Part shown: positions 40,609 through 55,264 of the stretch, in pieces
Position numbering within the stretch: the first letter of the stretch is position 1
How the letters are laid out: every line of letters starts with the position of its first letter
NCBI GenBank assembly: GCA_012295275.1
Contig: CM022671.1
Coordinates: 33,480,001 to 33,544,000 of the forward strand
Direction: 5' to 3'
DNA: 64,000 nucleotides
Source: Chrysomallon squamiferum
Taxonomy: Eukaryota; Animalia; Mollusca
Translations under genes and position numbers: made by a program
The notes under the pieces: model-generated
What the model saw: only the letters and a program-made list of their open reading frames with translations
Databases searched by the model: none
What the model was told of the DNA's origin: nothing

Positions 40609-43600
40609 AAGAAGAAGAAGAAGAAAAGGATAAAAAATAATAACAGAAATATTAAAGTGAATTTTCTAGCCAATAAATATAAAATAATTAAAATCAAAAT
40701 CTAAATACAGATCTGTCGCGAACATAAATTCCTGTAATTGAAATAAATATATACATAAATATATTAAGTACCTTAATGAAAGTCCTTTATAAAAACTAAT
40801 TACAATGAAAACATAAAATGTAATACTTTTACAGGTACAATCTATGACTAAGTGTTCTGTATATCAAACGGTCTCTTTATCTAAAAGTAGTTTAGACAGG
40901 CCTATATCACTTGTCATTCATATTATTGCTGAAACTGATTGTATGATGATTAAAGTCAAATAGACTGAGTAACTATGTTGATATTTAAGGCTGAACTTAA
41001 AAGTTTAGCCTTTGCTAGAAGCATTAATAATACACGTTAATTCTAACATGTACTAATAGTAATACTCACTCATGTTCATTAACTGACAAAGTTTTTATGG
41101 GAACTTTTCACGTCTATTTTGATATTTTTTCCATTTCTTTTACCCTTAACCAGGAAATTATTGAGCGTCTTCCTGAACAGAAAACGAAACTAAAAAAGAG
41201 GGGAAGGCTGACTCGTTGTTAATAGTAACGGATCCGAAAGTCGTTACTGATTTAAGGTTATACAAAAATGCAGTAAGCTACAAACTTGGTATTACTGCTG
41301 CCGCCACAATCAGAACATCACTGTCATATTAAGACTATAGCTGCTGCAATTAGTAGTCCTATAATTATTATACTAGTACTACTACTAATACTACCACTAC
41401 TGGTACTATTATTGCTAAAATGGTTGCTGCAGCTACCACCACAAGCATACCAGTATAAATTATTTATATGTACCATAACATTGACAACTTCTAATACTTC
41501 TACTGTTACACTACTACTACCACCGTAGCTTCTAGCTATTTTTACGACTACTTCTATCCTACAATTTATTTAAGCATCATACTGTTATTGACCCTCTATT
41601 TTCTTTCTCTGTCCTCGTCTTCGTACTATTATTAGCTGCTTTATGAATTTGATTGTACTTTCGTGTCTCCGTAAAGATATGCGTGTTTAATATCCCATAC
41701 ATGCTGAATATAAGAATATTTACATAATGAAGACATGTTTATCATCGTAAGAAATATGATCATCACCTAGTATATGCTTCTCTTAAAATAAATATATAGA
41801 TGAATGACTGAATGAACGAATGAATAAATAAATATGCCGTTAAACATTTCTTCATTCATAATACTACAAGCATTAGTATAACTCCAATAAATACAACTAT
41901 TGCTGCTTCTGATACTATTACTGCTGTTATTATTGTTAATATTAATATTTTTTATTCCTTATTTCGTTCTCGTCTCAAAACCAAAATTATATAGGGGAAA
42001 CTGGGGACCTTTGAGCCATTTTTAAAATATTTGACCATTGCACCGAAACATTGGTATCTGTTGATAGAAACGAATAGAGGCATTATTGCTTTCGATTACA
42101 ATGTAGAGTTTGATAGGCTGTCTTCATCAACGTCGTTATGGGAGACCTGTATGTAACAGGGTTAGCGATGGCTCATTGCGCACCAGAGAAAGTGACCAAT
42201 GAGCCACCCTTTCAGGTCATATTGGCCATGATCTTAAACAGTGAAAGAAGCTATAAACAAGACATATAAATCGGGTTTCTTTTCTTTTTTCTTATTATTA
42301 TTTTTCTTTCTTTTTTTTATAAATATTCCTGTCAGAAATTTCATTTTAAGTGCACATAATGCAACAAACTAAAGGGCGAATAACATTTTTAACATTCACC
42401 TCAGTCTTGGGCATTTTGTGCTAATGATTCAGTCTCCATGTTTTCAACGTAGTTTCAAGAGTCCTAGGAAACAGTAAATGGTTTTCAAGATTGAATCCGT
42501 CAAAACTGACACTGAGTTGTATGATTCCCTTGTGATTTTTTGGTATTTTGCACAACAGGTTTAGTAAGGATATACAAAATTAAATCAGCCTCAACTGAGC
42601 TTATTTCTTCCTGGAGAGGCTCAATAAATGCAAATGATATAGCGTGGGAGATTTTCTGAGAAAATGGTATGTACATTTTATGGATAAATAAGTAAATTTT
42701 GTATACTTCCTAATTTTTTATTTTATGTATTCAAACTAATCTTTTCCAGTGAGTATCTATTATGAGACAAGGAGAATAGGAGAATAGTTGCATTTTGCCA
42801 AATGTCAAGTGATCTTTCATGTCATTGGTGTGCCTTGGTCTGTTTCTCTTCTGTTAATGTACTACTACTACTACTACTACTAGTAATAATAATAATAATA
42901 ATAATTCTATTACAGATACTATTACTACTAATTCTCCTCTAAGTATTATTACACATATTATTATAATGTGTTAAGATAAAAGAAAGATAGTATATTTTCA
43001 GATTCTATCAGTGTTTTCATATGTTATTATTATTGGTTTCCAGTAATCTGTCCTTAAAATTAGATTACAGAATCAAATCGGAATATAAATAGACTATAAA
43101 TGTGTTTGTACCGAAAATATAATATAGTGGTTTTATGATAAAACAACAAAAATATAGTAGGATTATGAAAGTACAGCAACCTCTAGTTATAAAACATGGT
43201 ATATATTATAATAGTTTTATAATAATATAGAGACTGCATTATGATAATACATCAACAAGAATATTATTTTCTCTGAATATTTTCAATTTGAAAATGTGAC
43301 ATTAAATTCTGTAATCATTAAACATTTAATAGAAGAAAATCTACTACTTTATTTACATAATCCTTAAGGTTTCTTGAATATTATACATAAAAAAAAATAT
43401 TAAAATATTTTACATATAATTTATGAAATAAGAACAAAGTAGAAAAGAAAATACTACACTAAAATCCCACCAGTCTATTTTAGTTGCTAAGCACAAAGAA
43501 TTAAAAAAATAAAATATATATATATAATATAAATCTTATAAGAAAAAAACATTATATGAGTGCACAAAAATACATAAAGAAATACATTTTTAAATTAATT

Positions 43601-45207
43601 CCAAATTAAGAAAGACATAACTCCTCTTTCGGTGTATTTACACAATTCATTGTTCATATTAAAATGTGCAACTGTGAAACTTTGTAAAAACATGGACAAA
43701 GATAAAAATATAGTGCAGTGAATTTATTTAGTCTTTTTCCACAAAATATTTTACATTTTCTCACGCACACACACACACACACATTATATACATGTATAGC
43801 AAAAACAAAAACAACTTTGATGGTCATCGTTGTAGTTTTACAAACGCAAGACCAAAATAGGCATCCTAACATCAGTCTTTACATATATAGGTATAGATCC
43901 TCATAAGTATGAATTTATTAAATCATTTAACTCTGTCATGAGAATAGATGAAGTTCAGTAATTCTTTAACATAATTTAATATTCAAAAATGCAAAACAAA
44001 CATAAATAATAATAATAATTAAAATTTATAAATCAAACATAATAAAAAAAAAGAATAATAATAAATTAAATGAATCTCTACATATTTATCCCATCAGAAA
44101 TAAAAATAAAAATATGTAAGTTCCAGAATTCTAATAAGCTTGTTATTTATTATTGTCATACTTTATTAATGGTAAAGTAACAAATTAAACAAACTCATGG
44201 AAGTATTGTGTGTTTAATATGTTATTTTTTGTACTGCACCTGGCACACATTCACATTCAAATGTATATAGATTTTTTATTAATTCTTATTTACTTATTTA
44301 TTCTTATTTTATTATGATTTTGTTATTATGTTTGAATGTGTATCCAGATTAATCAGAACATTAAAGTGTACTAGATGCAGTACAAAATGCTAAATATTTA
44401 TATATACTTAAATTTCAAGAACTGTCTCACTGGTTTATCTAGATAAAACTAAACCTACATATTACAGTGAATGCATCTGAAAGATAATAAAGTAATGTAC
44501 ATTTTCTCAGTTATAAAAATATTCAGCAGAATGTCTAAGCTTTTGGCAGAAGGGCTGTGGCAAGGCACATCAAAGAACTTATTTTGTAGTTGCATAGTTT
44601 AGAAAGATTCCTATTTTTCAAGTTATTAATACAGTATATTTATTATGAAACAATTTTTCCCAAACTAGCATCAGTTCTAGTCTGACAACACATTTATTTA
44701 ATTATTAATTTATTTATTTGTATTTTAAATTGATTATTTCTGGCATATTTAGTGTGAGTATGAATATTTGTGTTAAGCATTTAGCTGCACATACACATCA
44801 TCTCTTTATAGAGATGTCTCTGTGACTGTGCAAGTGTACAAAGTTTATATCCAAATGTCAGTAACTTGATACTCTATTACTTCAAATCACTGGTCTTATT
44901 CATTATTAAAAGTTTCATTTATTATGCAGAGTTCTTTAACATTTAAAAAACAAACAAAAAACATTTATTAACTATTTGAAGTAAATTGTAAACCACTACA
45001 CCATAGTAAGTTGTTAGATAAGCTGTAAATCCCTTGTACTTTTAATTTTAAGTTTCCAATTTAGAACTTTTATTACTGTATGTATTTGGTCACATCGGGT
45101 AGACAAAAGAAATAGTGATATATGACACAGTTTGTTGTTATATGCCCAGTTCTGTATGAAAATTTCGCTGAACACTAAGTCAACCTTGCTGAGGATGTCT
45201 CTCTGGA

Positions 45208-46687
45208 TCAGAACTGTCTTTTTCTGTACATCACTACTGGACCTGTGGGGAAGTACAAGTAAGACTTTCCAGTCAGGTACTGATGCTCTCCTTTGGCTTT
45301 CTGTCTTGAGTTAGCATTAATATCATAAACCGACATATCCCTGACATCAAGATATTGCCTTTGATTAATATGGAGAATCTGCCTTCCATTCATATTAGAA
45401 TTCAGTATGTCTCTGCCGTCATCATTAAGCCTATCCTTCACATCAGCATTCTTCCTTCCATTCATATTAGCATTCAGCCTGTCTCTGTTGTCATCATTAA
45501 GTCTATCCTTGACATCAACATTCTGCCTTCCATTCACATTACCATACAGCCTTTCTCTCTTATCATCATTAAACCTATCTTTGATATCAGCATTATGCTA
45601 TCCATTGGCAATAACATTCAGCCTTTGTCTTATGTCATAATTAAGCCTATCCTTGAGATCAGCTTTCTGCCTTCCATTGATATTAGTATTCAGCCTTTCT
45701 CTGTTGTCGTCGTTAAGGCTATCGTTGACATGAGCATTCTGATTTCCATTGTCATTAGCATTCAGCCTTTGTCTTATGTCATCATTAAGCCTATCCTTCA
45801 GATCAGCATTCAACTTTCCATTGACATTAGCATTCAGCGTTTCTCTGTTGTCATCATTACGCGTATCCTTGACATCAACATTCTGCCGTCCATTGACATT
45901 AGCACTCAACCTTTCTCTCTTATTATTATTAAGCCAATTCATGACATAAGCATTCTTCCATCTATTCATATTAGTACTCAGCCTTTCTCTTTTATCATCA
46001 TTAAGCCTATCCTTAACATTAATATCCTGCCTTCTATATTGCAGCTGTTCACTTGGTGAAGTTGCTTCTGATACTGTGCTTCCTGAATTCTCAAACTCGC
46101 TATTATCTGAAGATAGGAACTGTTTATTTACAGGTACAACCTGCTGTCCAATATCCAATGCAGAGTGGTAATTATCCAATTTCTTCCTTTTGTTAAAAGT
46201 TTTTCGAGGATTATGTCACATTCTGGACTGAAGAGAATACTGGGTGGTGCAAACCCATTATCCTTGCTTAGACGAATGATGGTCTGTCGTTGTCCTTCAG
46301 TTATGTTCAGCAGCAGCTGAGGAGGAAAATTCCATGTGGTCCGACCATTGACGTCCTGATAGAAGAGTTTGTTTTTTGTAGCAGCCTCTTGACTTCTGTG
46401 AAGTGTCCAGCCATCTGGCAGGGCAGCATCTATGAGAAGAATCCCACATTCACATCTTTCTAAATGCTTCAGTTTCCTTGTAAGGGTCTGTAACTTAGGA
46501 GCATTTTCATCAAGTGGGGTTGATTAATAAACATCATCCATGTTGGCACAGTCTGGAGGAGGCAATGGTGGTCGACTGTCTGGTACACTAGCTTTCCTCT
46601 GACGGTCCTTTTCAGTGATGTTTGTTCTTATGTCTGGAGCTTTCTGACTGGATGATCGCAGCCCAATGGCTACTGCTTTTACTTCAG
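45208..46687 (-). pseudogene. Copy E: dead remainder of the last exon
   Basis: Same nonsense codons as C (46524-46526 and 45598-45600), plus a 1-nt shorter T-run near 46188. Confidence 0.8.
45370..46040 (-). repeat. 72-bp minisatellite, ~9 units (copy E)
   Basis: Near-identical to the copy C array. Confidence 0.9.
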
Positions 46688-47563
46688 TTACCCTATCAAG
46701 TGGCTGAATAATGGTATTCTTTTCTGCTTTCTGAGAGAAGAAGTGCTGGAACTTCTTACAGGATGTGCTCTTTTAGCTTCTGTAAAACAAAACAGTGTTT
46801 ACTCCTCTTTTATGAAATAGGTTAAAGAATACTTTGGATATAAAAGAGATATGTTAATGTTGAAATATCTATCATTAGTCAAGGAAATAATATTTATAGG
46901 CATTTTCTACATTTAAAGAGAGTTAAAAAAATGCAATTAATCTGAGATAATTTAGTGTGAACCTAAACTTTAACTATATAATATAATTATAATAATAATT
47001 TAATGCAACGATAACAACAAAAAGTAAATGATAAAACTATATCAATAATAACATAAAACAACAACAACAACAAAAAAACATTATGAACAGCAACCATAAT
47101 AATAATAATAACAACAGAATTAATATTAGAATTAGTGATAGTAATCGTGATCTAATACAAGAGTGCTGTATAGTAAAGATACCAAATCGCTGTACCTGGA
47201 CTCATTGCTAAGAAGGACGGCTGTCGTGAGTTTGCTGATGTCGCAGGTAGTATCATGACCATCTGTTCATCGGGCTGCATCGTTCTTTTACTCACACCGC
47301 CCAACCTTTCGTAGTCCGAGTAGTTGTTAATTGGATAGAGCAAGCGCACATTCTCTATGTTTTGAAAGTTACGTATACTGTGCTGCTTGTAAAATGTACA
47401 CAGTTTCATGAATGACATGAATTTGATTCCAGGAACGATAAAATACTGGATATGTACACCTTGTTTCTCTATAACAACATTTATATGTCGTACAGAACTT
47501 TCACCGATACTGTAGAATAGATAAATAAATAAACAAATCAATAACTGATATCAATAACAGTAA

Positions 47564-47601
<38 letters not shown>

Positions 47602-49095
47602 ATAATAATAATAATAATAATTCATAACAGTAACACTAATAAACGATGAGATAAATTAAAAAGTTAATACATTTTAAAATTAAGAAGCAATATCAAATAA
47701 GCTGTTATTGGTACACTGCCTTTTTAGAAAACAATATCAGTATACTTGACAAAGATATCACTGACAATCATACAGTAAACAAGAACAGTTATAAAATGAA
47801 ATCGCAAAAAATAAAATAAAATCAATCTGAAAACATTTTTCTTTAAACCTAAATGTTTTGAAACAAATTATTTCAAAACGTTTAGGTATTTATTATATTA
47901 CTAACCATTTATCATCAAGAATTATTTTCTGATATTCACACTCATTATTTTTACACCATAAATATACTGATATTCTCATATTTTACCTGACAGATAAAGT
48001 TAAGTAGTTATCTCCCTTCGTACTCAGTCGCAACAGATAACATCCAGTACTTACAGGACGGTAATGTTTAATGTACCTTGTCGCCTGTAGAATAAAAATA
48101 CAAATAAATTAGATAATGAAATATTAAAAGTAATCAAAATTAGTTAATAAATGATAGACACATAATATACATGTACAAATATAAAATCTTATAAAGAAAC
48201 AAACCAACCAATTATCCTGATCTCATCATGAAGTGAAGCATATAGACACGAACATCTTCACATATATAAATAAACAAACAAACTCATGCCCATATACTTA
48301 CCTATCTACCTGCCTACTTACGTATCTATGTATCTAATCAGTGCACGAAAGCATAACCTTATATTTACAATTCTAATAATTTTGAGAAGAATGACATAAA
48401 ATGTGTAACAGTACTAGACTGCACAAGAGGTGGCAGCATTAATCATAAACGATAATACTGCAGATACAATATATCTACATCTTTACATCTCTATTGAGAT
48501 AAGTTATTTTGCTTTAATTTAATAAGATGCAGTAGATTTTAAGATCGTGTCCTCACAAAAGACCCATCAGTCTATTATTTATTTTACCCAGTGATTCACA
48601 GTTGATGTACAAAAATCTATATGGTAAGTGCTATGTTGTCTGCAGGATGGTGCATGTCTAAAGGGTCTCTTGCTGTTAATCAGAAAGAGTAGCTCACAAA
48701 ATGGCAGCAGTGGGATTCCTCTATCATTATCTGAGTGGTCCTTAAGCCTAAACTTTAAAAACATAGGTATGATAATTATGTTGATGGCATCATAAAATAC
48801 AAATTACTTCATTTCTTTATTCAAAATGTTTAGTTATAACATCTGCGTATAAATACACAATCAACAAAGTCAAAAATCTATATATAACTGTAAATATTAA
48901 TATGACAATGAAATATGTATATACATCCATATATACAAACCATACAACAATAAACATTGATAACTCAGTGACAATATATGTATGACATATAACATATCAG
49001 AAACTTACCTCTTGACTATTTGTAATGTCTGGAAAGAAGAAGGGTAAAGTTGCAATTTCCTCTGGTACATAATTCGTATGATTAGCTTCAGCCAT
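46688..49095 (-). CDS. Copy E: truncated, predicted SH2-only protein of 196 aa (exons 49095-49009, 48084-47987, 47509-47196, 46779-46688); may be a pseudogene
   Basis: Near-identical to copy C, with the same frameshift and stop and intact SH2 exons. Confidence 0.6.
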
Positions 49096-49585
49096 CACTG
49101 GTGTGAGGATTCTGTTAAACGTTTTTGTGTACTTCTGAGCTAAATAACAACACAGTATTATCATTTGATAGTATATGAGTGTTTGTATAATATCTATTTT
49201 AAGGAATGTTTTTAAATAAAAAGTTGGCACACAATCAAATTACCATTCACAAAGCAATTATGTTTGAATAATAATTGTGCCTTCAGTTGGAAGAATAGTA
49301 CGAAGAAAAAAAAATCAATAAAAAATAGTGAAGTAACAAGGAAACTGAAAATGTCAATAGATACTAAATAAATTAAAAATAAAAATATTGTCTAGAAGCT
49401 GAGTATTTAGTTCCAGTGAGTCATACTGACCTAAATAGTATCGATTTTATAAATCAAAACAGTCAAAACCAGATTACACACATTGTAAGTGTTTAATTTA
49501 TAAATATATTATTAGAGCATAAACTGCTAGTGTTCCTATAATAAATATTATTATTAGTGATGAAATAAGAACTGTAATTAATAAT

Positions 49586-49633
<48 letters not shown>

Positions 49634-51411
49634 AATAATAATAAAATAAGAATAAGAATAAATAATAATAATCATAATAAATAATAATAATAATAATACA
49701 AATTAAAATCTTCAAATTCTGTTGACGATGGTTCAAAACCTATATAAAATATCCTGAATTAAATAACAATCATTTGATACACAACTACTTTATAGTTTTC
49801 TTTCTAAGCAGCAAAAATATTGCAACTAATAACAACGTAGGTATTAACTTCATAATGAAATCTTTAACTATATTCCAATATGTAATGTTACCCATAACAA
49901 ACCAAAATACATTATTAGAGCAAAATCTAAGGGAATAAAGTGAAACAGTTAATTGATTTTCATATTTTCAATTAAGAAAATTATCTCAAAAGATAAATAG
50001 ACTATAAATGTGTTTGTACCAAAAATATAGTATAGTGGTTTTATGATAAAACAACATTTTTAACACATTCACCTCAGTCTTGGGCATTTTGTGCTAATGA
50101 TTCAGTTTCTATGTTTTCAACGTACTTTCAAGAGTCCTAGCAAACAGTAAATGTTTTTCAAGATTAAACCCATCAAAACTGACATTGAATTGTATGATTC
50201 CCTTGTGATTTTTGGCATTTTGCACAACAGGTTTAGGAAAGATATACAAAATTAAATCAGCCTCAACTGAGCTTATTTCTTCCTGGACAGGCTCAATAAA
50301 TGCACATGACATAGCGTGGGAGATTTTCTGAGAAAATGGTATGTACATTTTATGGATAAATAAGTAAATTTTGTATACTTCCTAATTTTTATTTTATGTA
50401 TTCAAACTAATCTTTTCCAGTGATATCTATTATGAGACAAGGAGAATAGGAGAATAGTTGCATTTTGCCAAATGTCAAGTGATCTTTCATGTCATTGGTG
50501 TGCCTTGGTCTGTTCTCTTCTGTTAATGTACTACTACTACTACTACTACTAGTAATAATAATAATAATAATAATTCTATTACAGATACTATTACTACTAA
50601 TTCTCCTCTAAGTATTATTACACATATTATTATAATGTGTTAAGATAAAAGAAAGATAGTATATTTTCAGATTCTATCAGTGTTTTCATATGTTATTATT
50701 ATTGGTTTCCAGTAATCTGTCCTTAAAATTAGGTTACAGAATCAAATGGGAATATAAATAGACTATAAATGTGTTTGTACCAAAAATATAGTATAGTGGT
50801 TTTATGATAAAACAACAAAAATATAGTAGGATTATGAAAGTACAACAACCTCTAGTTATAAAACATGATATATATTATAATAGTTTTATAATAATATAGA
50901 GACTGTATTATGATAATACATGAGCAAGAATATTATTTTCTCTGAATATTTTCAATTTGAAAATGTGACATTAAATTCTGTAATCATTAAACATTTAATA
51001 GAAGAAAATCTACTACTTTATTTACATAATCCTTAAGTTTTCTTGAATATTATACATATAAAAAAGTATTAAAATATTTTACATATAATTTATGAAATAA
51101 GAACAAAGTAGAAAAGAAAATACTACACTAAAATCCCACCAGTCTATTTTAGTTGCTAAGCACAAAGAATTAAAAAAATAAAATATATATATAATATAAA
51201 TTTTTATATGAGTGCACAAAAATACATAAAGAAATACATTTTTAAATTAATTCCAAATTAAGAAAGATATAACTCCTCTTTCGGTGTATTTACACAATTC
51301 ATTGTTCATATTAAAATGTGCAACTGTGAAACTTTGTAAAAACATGGACAAAGATAAAAATATAGTGCAGTGAATTTATTTAGTCTTTTTCCACAAAATA
51401 TTTTACATTTT

Positions 51412-51412
<1 letters not shown>

Positions 51413-51459
<47 letters not shown>
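51413..51459. repeat. (CA)n microsatellite
   Basis: Directly visible. Confidence 0.95.
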
Positions 51460-51460
<1 letters not shown>

Positions 51461-52567
51461 CAAAAACAAAAACAACTTTGATGGTCATCGTTGTAGTTTT
51501 ACAAATGCAAGACCAAAATAGGCATCCTAACATCAGTCTTTACATATATAGGTATAGATCCTCATAAGTATGAATTTATTAAATCATTTAACTCTGTCAT
51601 GAGAATAGATGAAGTTCAGTAATTTTTTAACATAATTTAATATTCAAAAATGCAAAACAAACATAAATAATAATAATAATTAAAATTTAAAAAATGAAAC
51701 ATAATAAAAAAACAAGAATAATAATAAATTAAATGAATCTCTACATATTTATCCCATCAGAAATAAAAATAAAAATGTGAATGTTCCCGTATTCTAATAA
51801 GCTTGTTATTTATTATTGTCATACTTTATTAGTAGTAAAGTAAAAAATTAGATAAACTCAGGGAAGCATTGTGTGTTTAATATGTTATTTTGTACTGCAT
51901 CTGGTACACATTCACCTTCAAATGTATATAGACTTTTTATTAATTCTTATTTACTTATTTATTCTTATTTTATTATGATTTTGTTATTATGTTTGAATGT
52001 GTATCCAGATTAATCAGAACATTAAAGTGTACTAGATGCAGTACAAAATGCTAAATATTTTCAAGAACTGTCTCACTGGTTTATCTAGATAAAACTAAAC
52101 CTACATATTACAGTGAATGCATCTGAAAGATAATAAAGTACTGTACATTTTCTAAGTTACAAAAATATTCAGCAGAATGTCTAAGCTTTTGGCAGAAGGG
52201 CTGTGGCAAGGCACATCAAAGAACTTATTTTGTAGTTGCATAGTTTAGAAAGATTCCTATTTTTCAAATTATTAATACAGTATGTTTATAATGAAACAAT
52301 TTTTCCCAAACTAGCATCAGTTCTAGTCTGACAACACAACATTTATTTAATTATTAATTTATTTATTTGTATTTTAAATTGATTATTTCTGGCATATTTA
52401 TTGTGAGTATGAATATTTGTGTTAAGCATTTAGCTGCACATACACATCATCTCTTTATAAAGATGTCTCTGTGACTGTGCAAGTGTACAAAGTTTATATG
52501 CAAATGTCAGTAACTTGGTACTCTATTACTTCAAATCACTGGTCTTATTCATTATTAAAAGTTTCAT

Positions 52568-53000
52568 TTATTATGCAGTGTCGTTTAACATTAAGAAAAA
52601 GAGACAATATATCATTCATTATCCATTTGAAGTAAATTGTAAACCACAACACCATAAATGTTGTTAGCTAAGTTATAAATCCTTTGTAGTTTAATTTTAA
52701 GTTTAGAACTTTTATTACTGAGTGTATTTGGTCACATCACTATTTCCCCAATTACAGCAGTGCTGATGACTAAGTTTCTATCAGCGAGACATTATTATGC
52801 AGTGTCATTTAACATTAAGAAAAAGAGACAATATATCATTCATTATCCATTTGAAGTAAATTATAAACCACTACACCATACAAAGTTGTTAGCTAAGCTC
52901 TAAATCCCTTGTACTTTAATTTTAAATTTAGAACTTTTATTACTGAATGTATTTGGTCACATAACTATTTCCCCAACTATAGCAGTTTCTATCGGCCATT
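52568..53000. repeat. ~225-bp tandem duplication in the 3' flank of copy F
   Basis: TTATGCAGTGTC.TTTAACATTAAGAAAAAGAGACAATATATCATTCATTATCCATTTGAAG...GTATTTGGTCACAT occurs twice. Confidence 0.85.
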
Positions 53001-53080
53001 CAAAAGAAATAGTTAGTGAAATATTACACAGTTTGTTGTTATATGCCCAGTTCTGTCTTCAAATTTTGCTGAACACTAAG

Positions 53081-55223
53081 TCAGACTTGCTGAGGCTGTC
53101 TGTCTGGATCAGAACTGCATTTTCTGTACATCATAACTGGACCTGTGGGGACATACATGTAAGACTTTCCATTGAGGTCTCCTTGTGCACTCTGTCTTGT
53201 GTTAGCATTGACATCATAAATTGACATGTCTCTGGCATCAACAGTTTGCCTTTGATTAATAAGGACAATCTGCCTTCCGTTCATGTCAGCATTCAGTCTG
53301 TCTCTGTTGTCATCATTAAGCCTATGCTTGACAACAGCATTCTGCCTTCCATTCATATTAGCATTCAGCCTTTCTCTGTTGTCATCATTAAGCCTATGCT
53401 CGATATCAGCATTATGCCTTCTATTCACATTAGCATTCAGCCTTTCTCTGTTGTCATCGTTAAGCCTATGCTCGATATCAGCATTATGCCTTCCATTCAC
53501 ATTAGCATTCAGCCTTTCTCTGTTGTCATCATTAAACCTATCACTGACATCAGCATTCTGCCTTCCATTCACATTAGCATTCAGCCTTTCTCTGTTGTCA
53601 TCATTAAGCCTATCCCTGACATAAGCATTCTGCCTTCGATTTTGCAACTGTTGACTTGGTGAAGTTGCTTCTGATACTGTGCTTCCTGAATTCTCAAACT
53701 CGCTATTATCTGAAGATAGGAACTGTTTATTTACAGGTACAACCTGCTGTCCAATATCCAATGCAGAGTGGTAATTATCCAATTTCTTCCTTTTTGTTAA
53801 AAGTTTTTCGAGGATCATGTCACATTCTGGACTGAAGAGAATTCTGGGTGGTGCAAACCCACTTTCGTTGCTTAGACGAATGATGGTCTGTCGTTGTCCT
53901 TCAGTTATGTTCAGCAGCAGCTGAGGAGGAAAATTCCATGTGGTCCAACCATTGACATCCTGATAGAAGAGCTTGTTTTTTGCAGCAGCCTCTTGACTTC
54001 TGTGAAGTGTCCAGCCATCTGGCAGGGCAGCATCTGTGAGAAGAATCCCACAATCACATCTTTCTGAATTCTTCAGTTTCCTTCTAAGTATCTCTAACTT
54101 AGGAGCATTTTCATCAAGTGGGGTTGAGTAATAAACATCATCCATGTTTGCACAGTTTGGAGGAGGCAGTGGTGCTCGACTGTCTGGTACACTAGCTTTC
54201 CTCTGATGGTACTTTTCAGTGATGTTTGTTCTTATGTCTGGAGCTTTCTGACTGGGTGATGGCACCCAGCTGGCTACTGCTTTTACCTGAGTTACGCTAT
54301 CAAGTGACATGTGTTTTTCACTGCTGTGGCTCAATAATGGTATTCTTTTCTTCTTTCTGAAAGATGAAGTGCTGGAACTTCTTACAGGATGTGCTCTTTT
54401 AGCTTCTGGAAAACAAAAAAGTGTTTACTCCTCTTTTATGAAATAGGTTAAAGAATACTTTGGATATAAAAGAGATATGTTAATGTTGAAATATCTATCA
54501 TTAGTCAAAGAAATAATATTTATTCGCATTTTCTACATTTAAAGACAGTTAAAAAAAACTGCACTTAATCTGAGATAATTTAGTGTGAACCTAAACTTTA
54601 ACTATATAATATAATTATAATAATAATTTAATACGATAACAACAAAAGAGTAAATGATAAAAAAGATAATAAAAATAGAAACAACTATATCAATAATAGT
54701 ATAAAAGAACAACAAAAATAATGATCAACAGAAACAATGATAATAATAATAATAACAACAGAATTAATATTAGAATTAGTGATAGTAACAATAATTTAAT
54801 ACAAGAGTGCTGTATAGTAAAGATACCAAATCGCTGTACCTGGACTCATTGCTAAGAAGGATGGATGTAGTGAGTTTGCTGATGTCGCAGGTGGTATCAT
54901 GGCCTGTGGTATACCTTTTCCCATCTGTTCATCCGGTTGTATCGTCCTTTTACTCACACTGCCCAACCTTTCGTAGTCCGAGTAGTTGTTAATTGGATAC
55001 AGCAAGCACACATTCTCTATGTTTTGCAAGTTACCTATACTGTGCTGCTTGTAAAATGTACACAGTTTCATGAATGACATGAATTTGATTCCAGGAACGA
55101 TGTAATACAGGAAGTGTCCACCTTGTTTCTCCATAACCACATTTATGTGTCGTACGGAACTATCACTTATACTGTAAGATAGATAAATAAATAAACAAAT
55201 TAATAGCCGATATCAACAACAGC

Positions 55224-55264
<41 letters not shown>

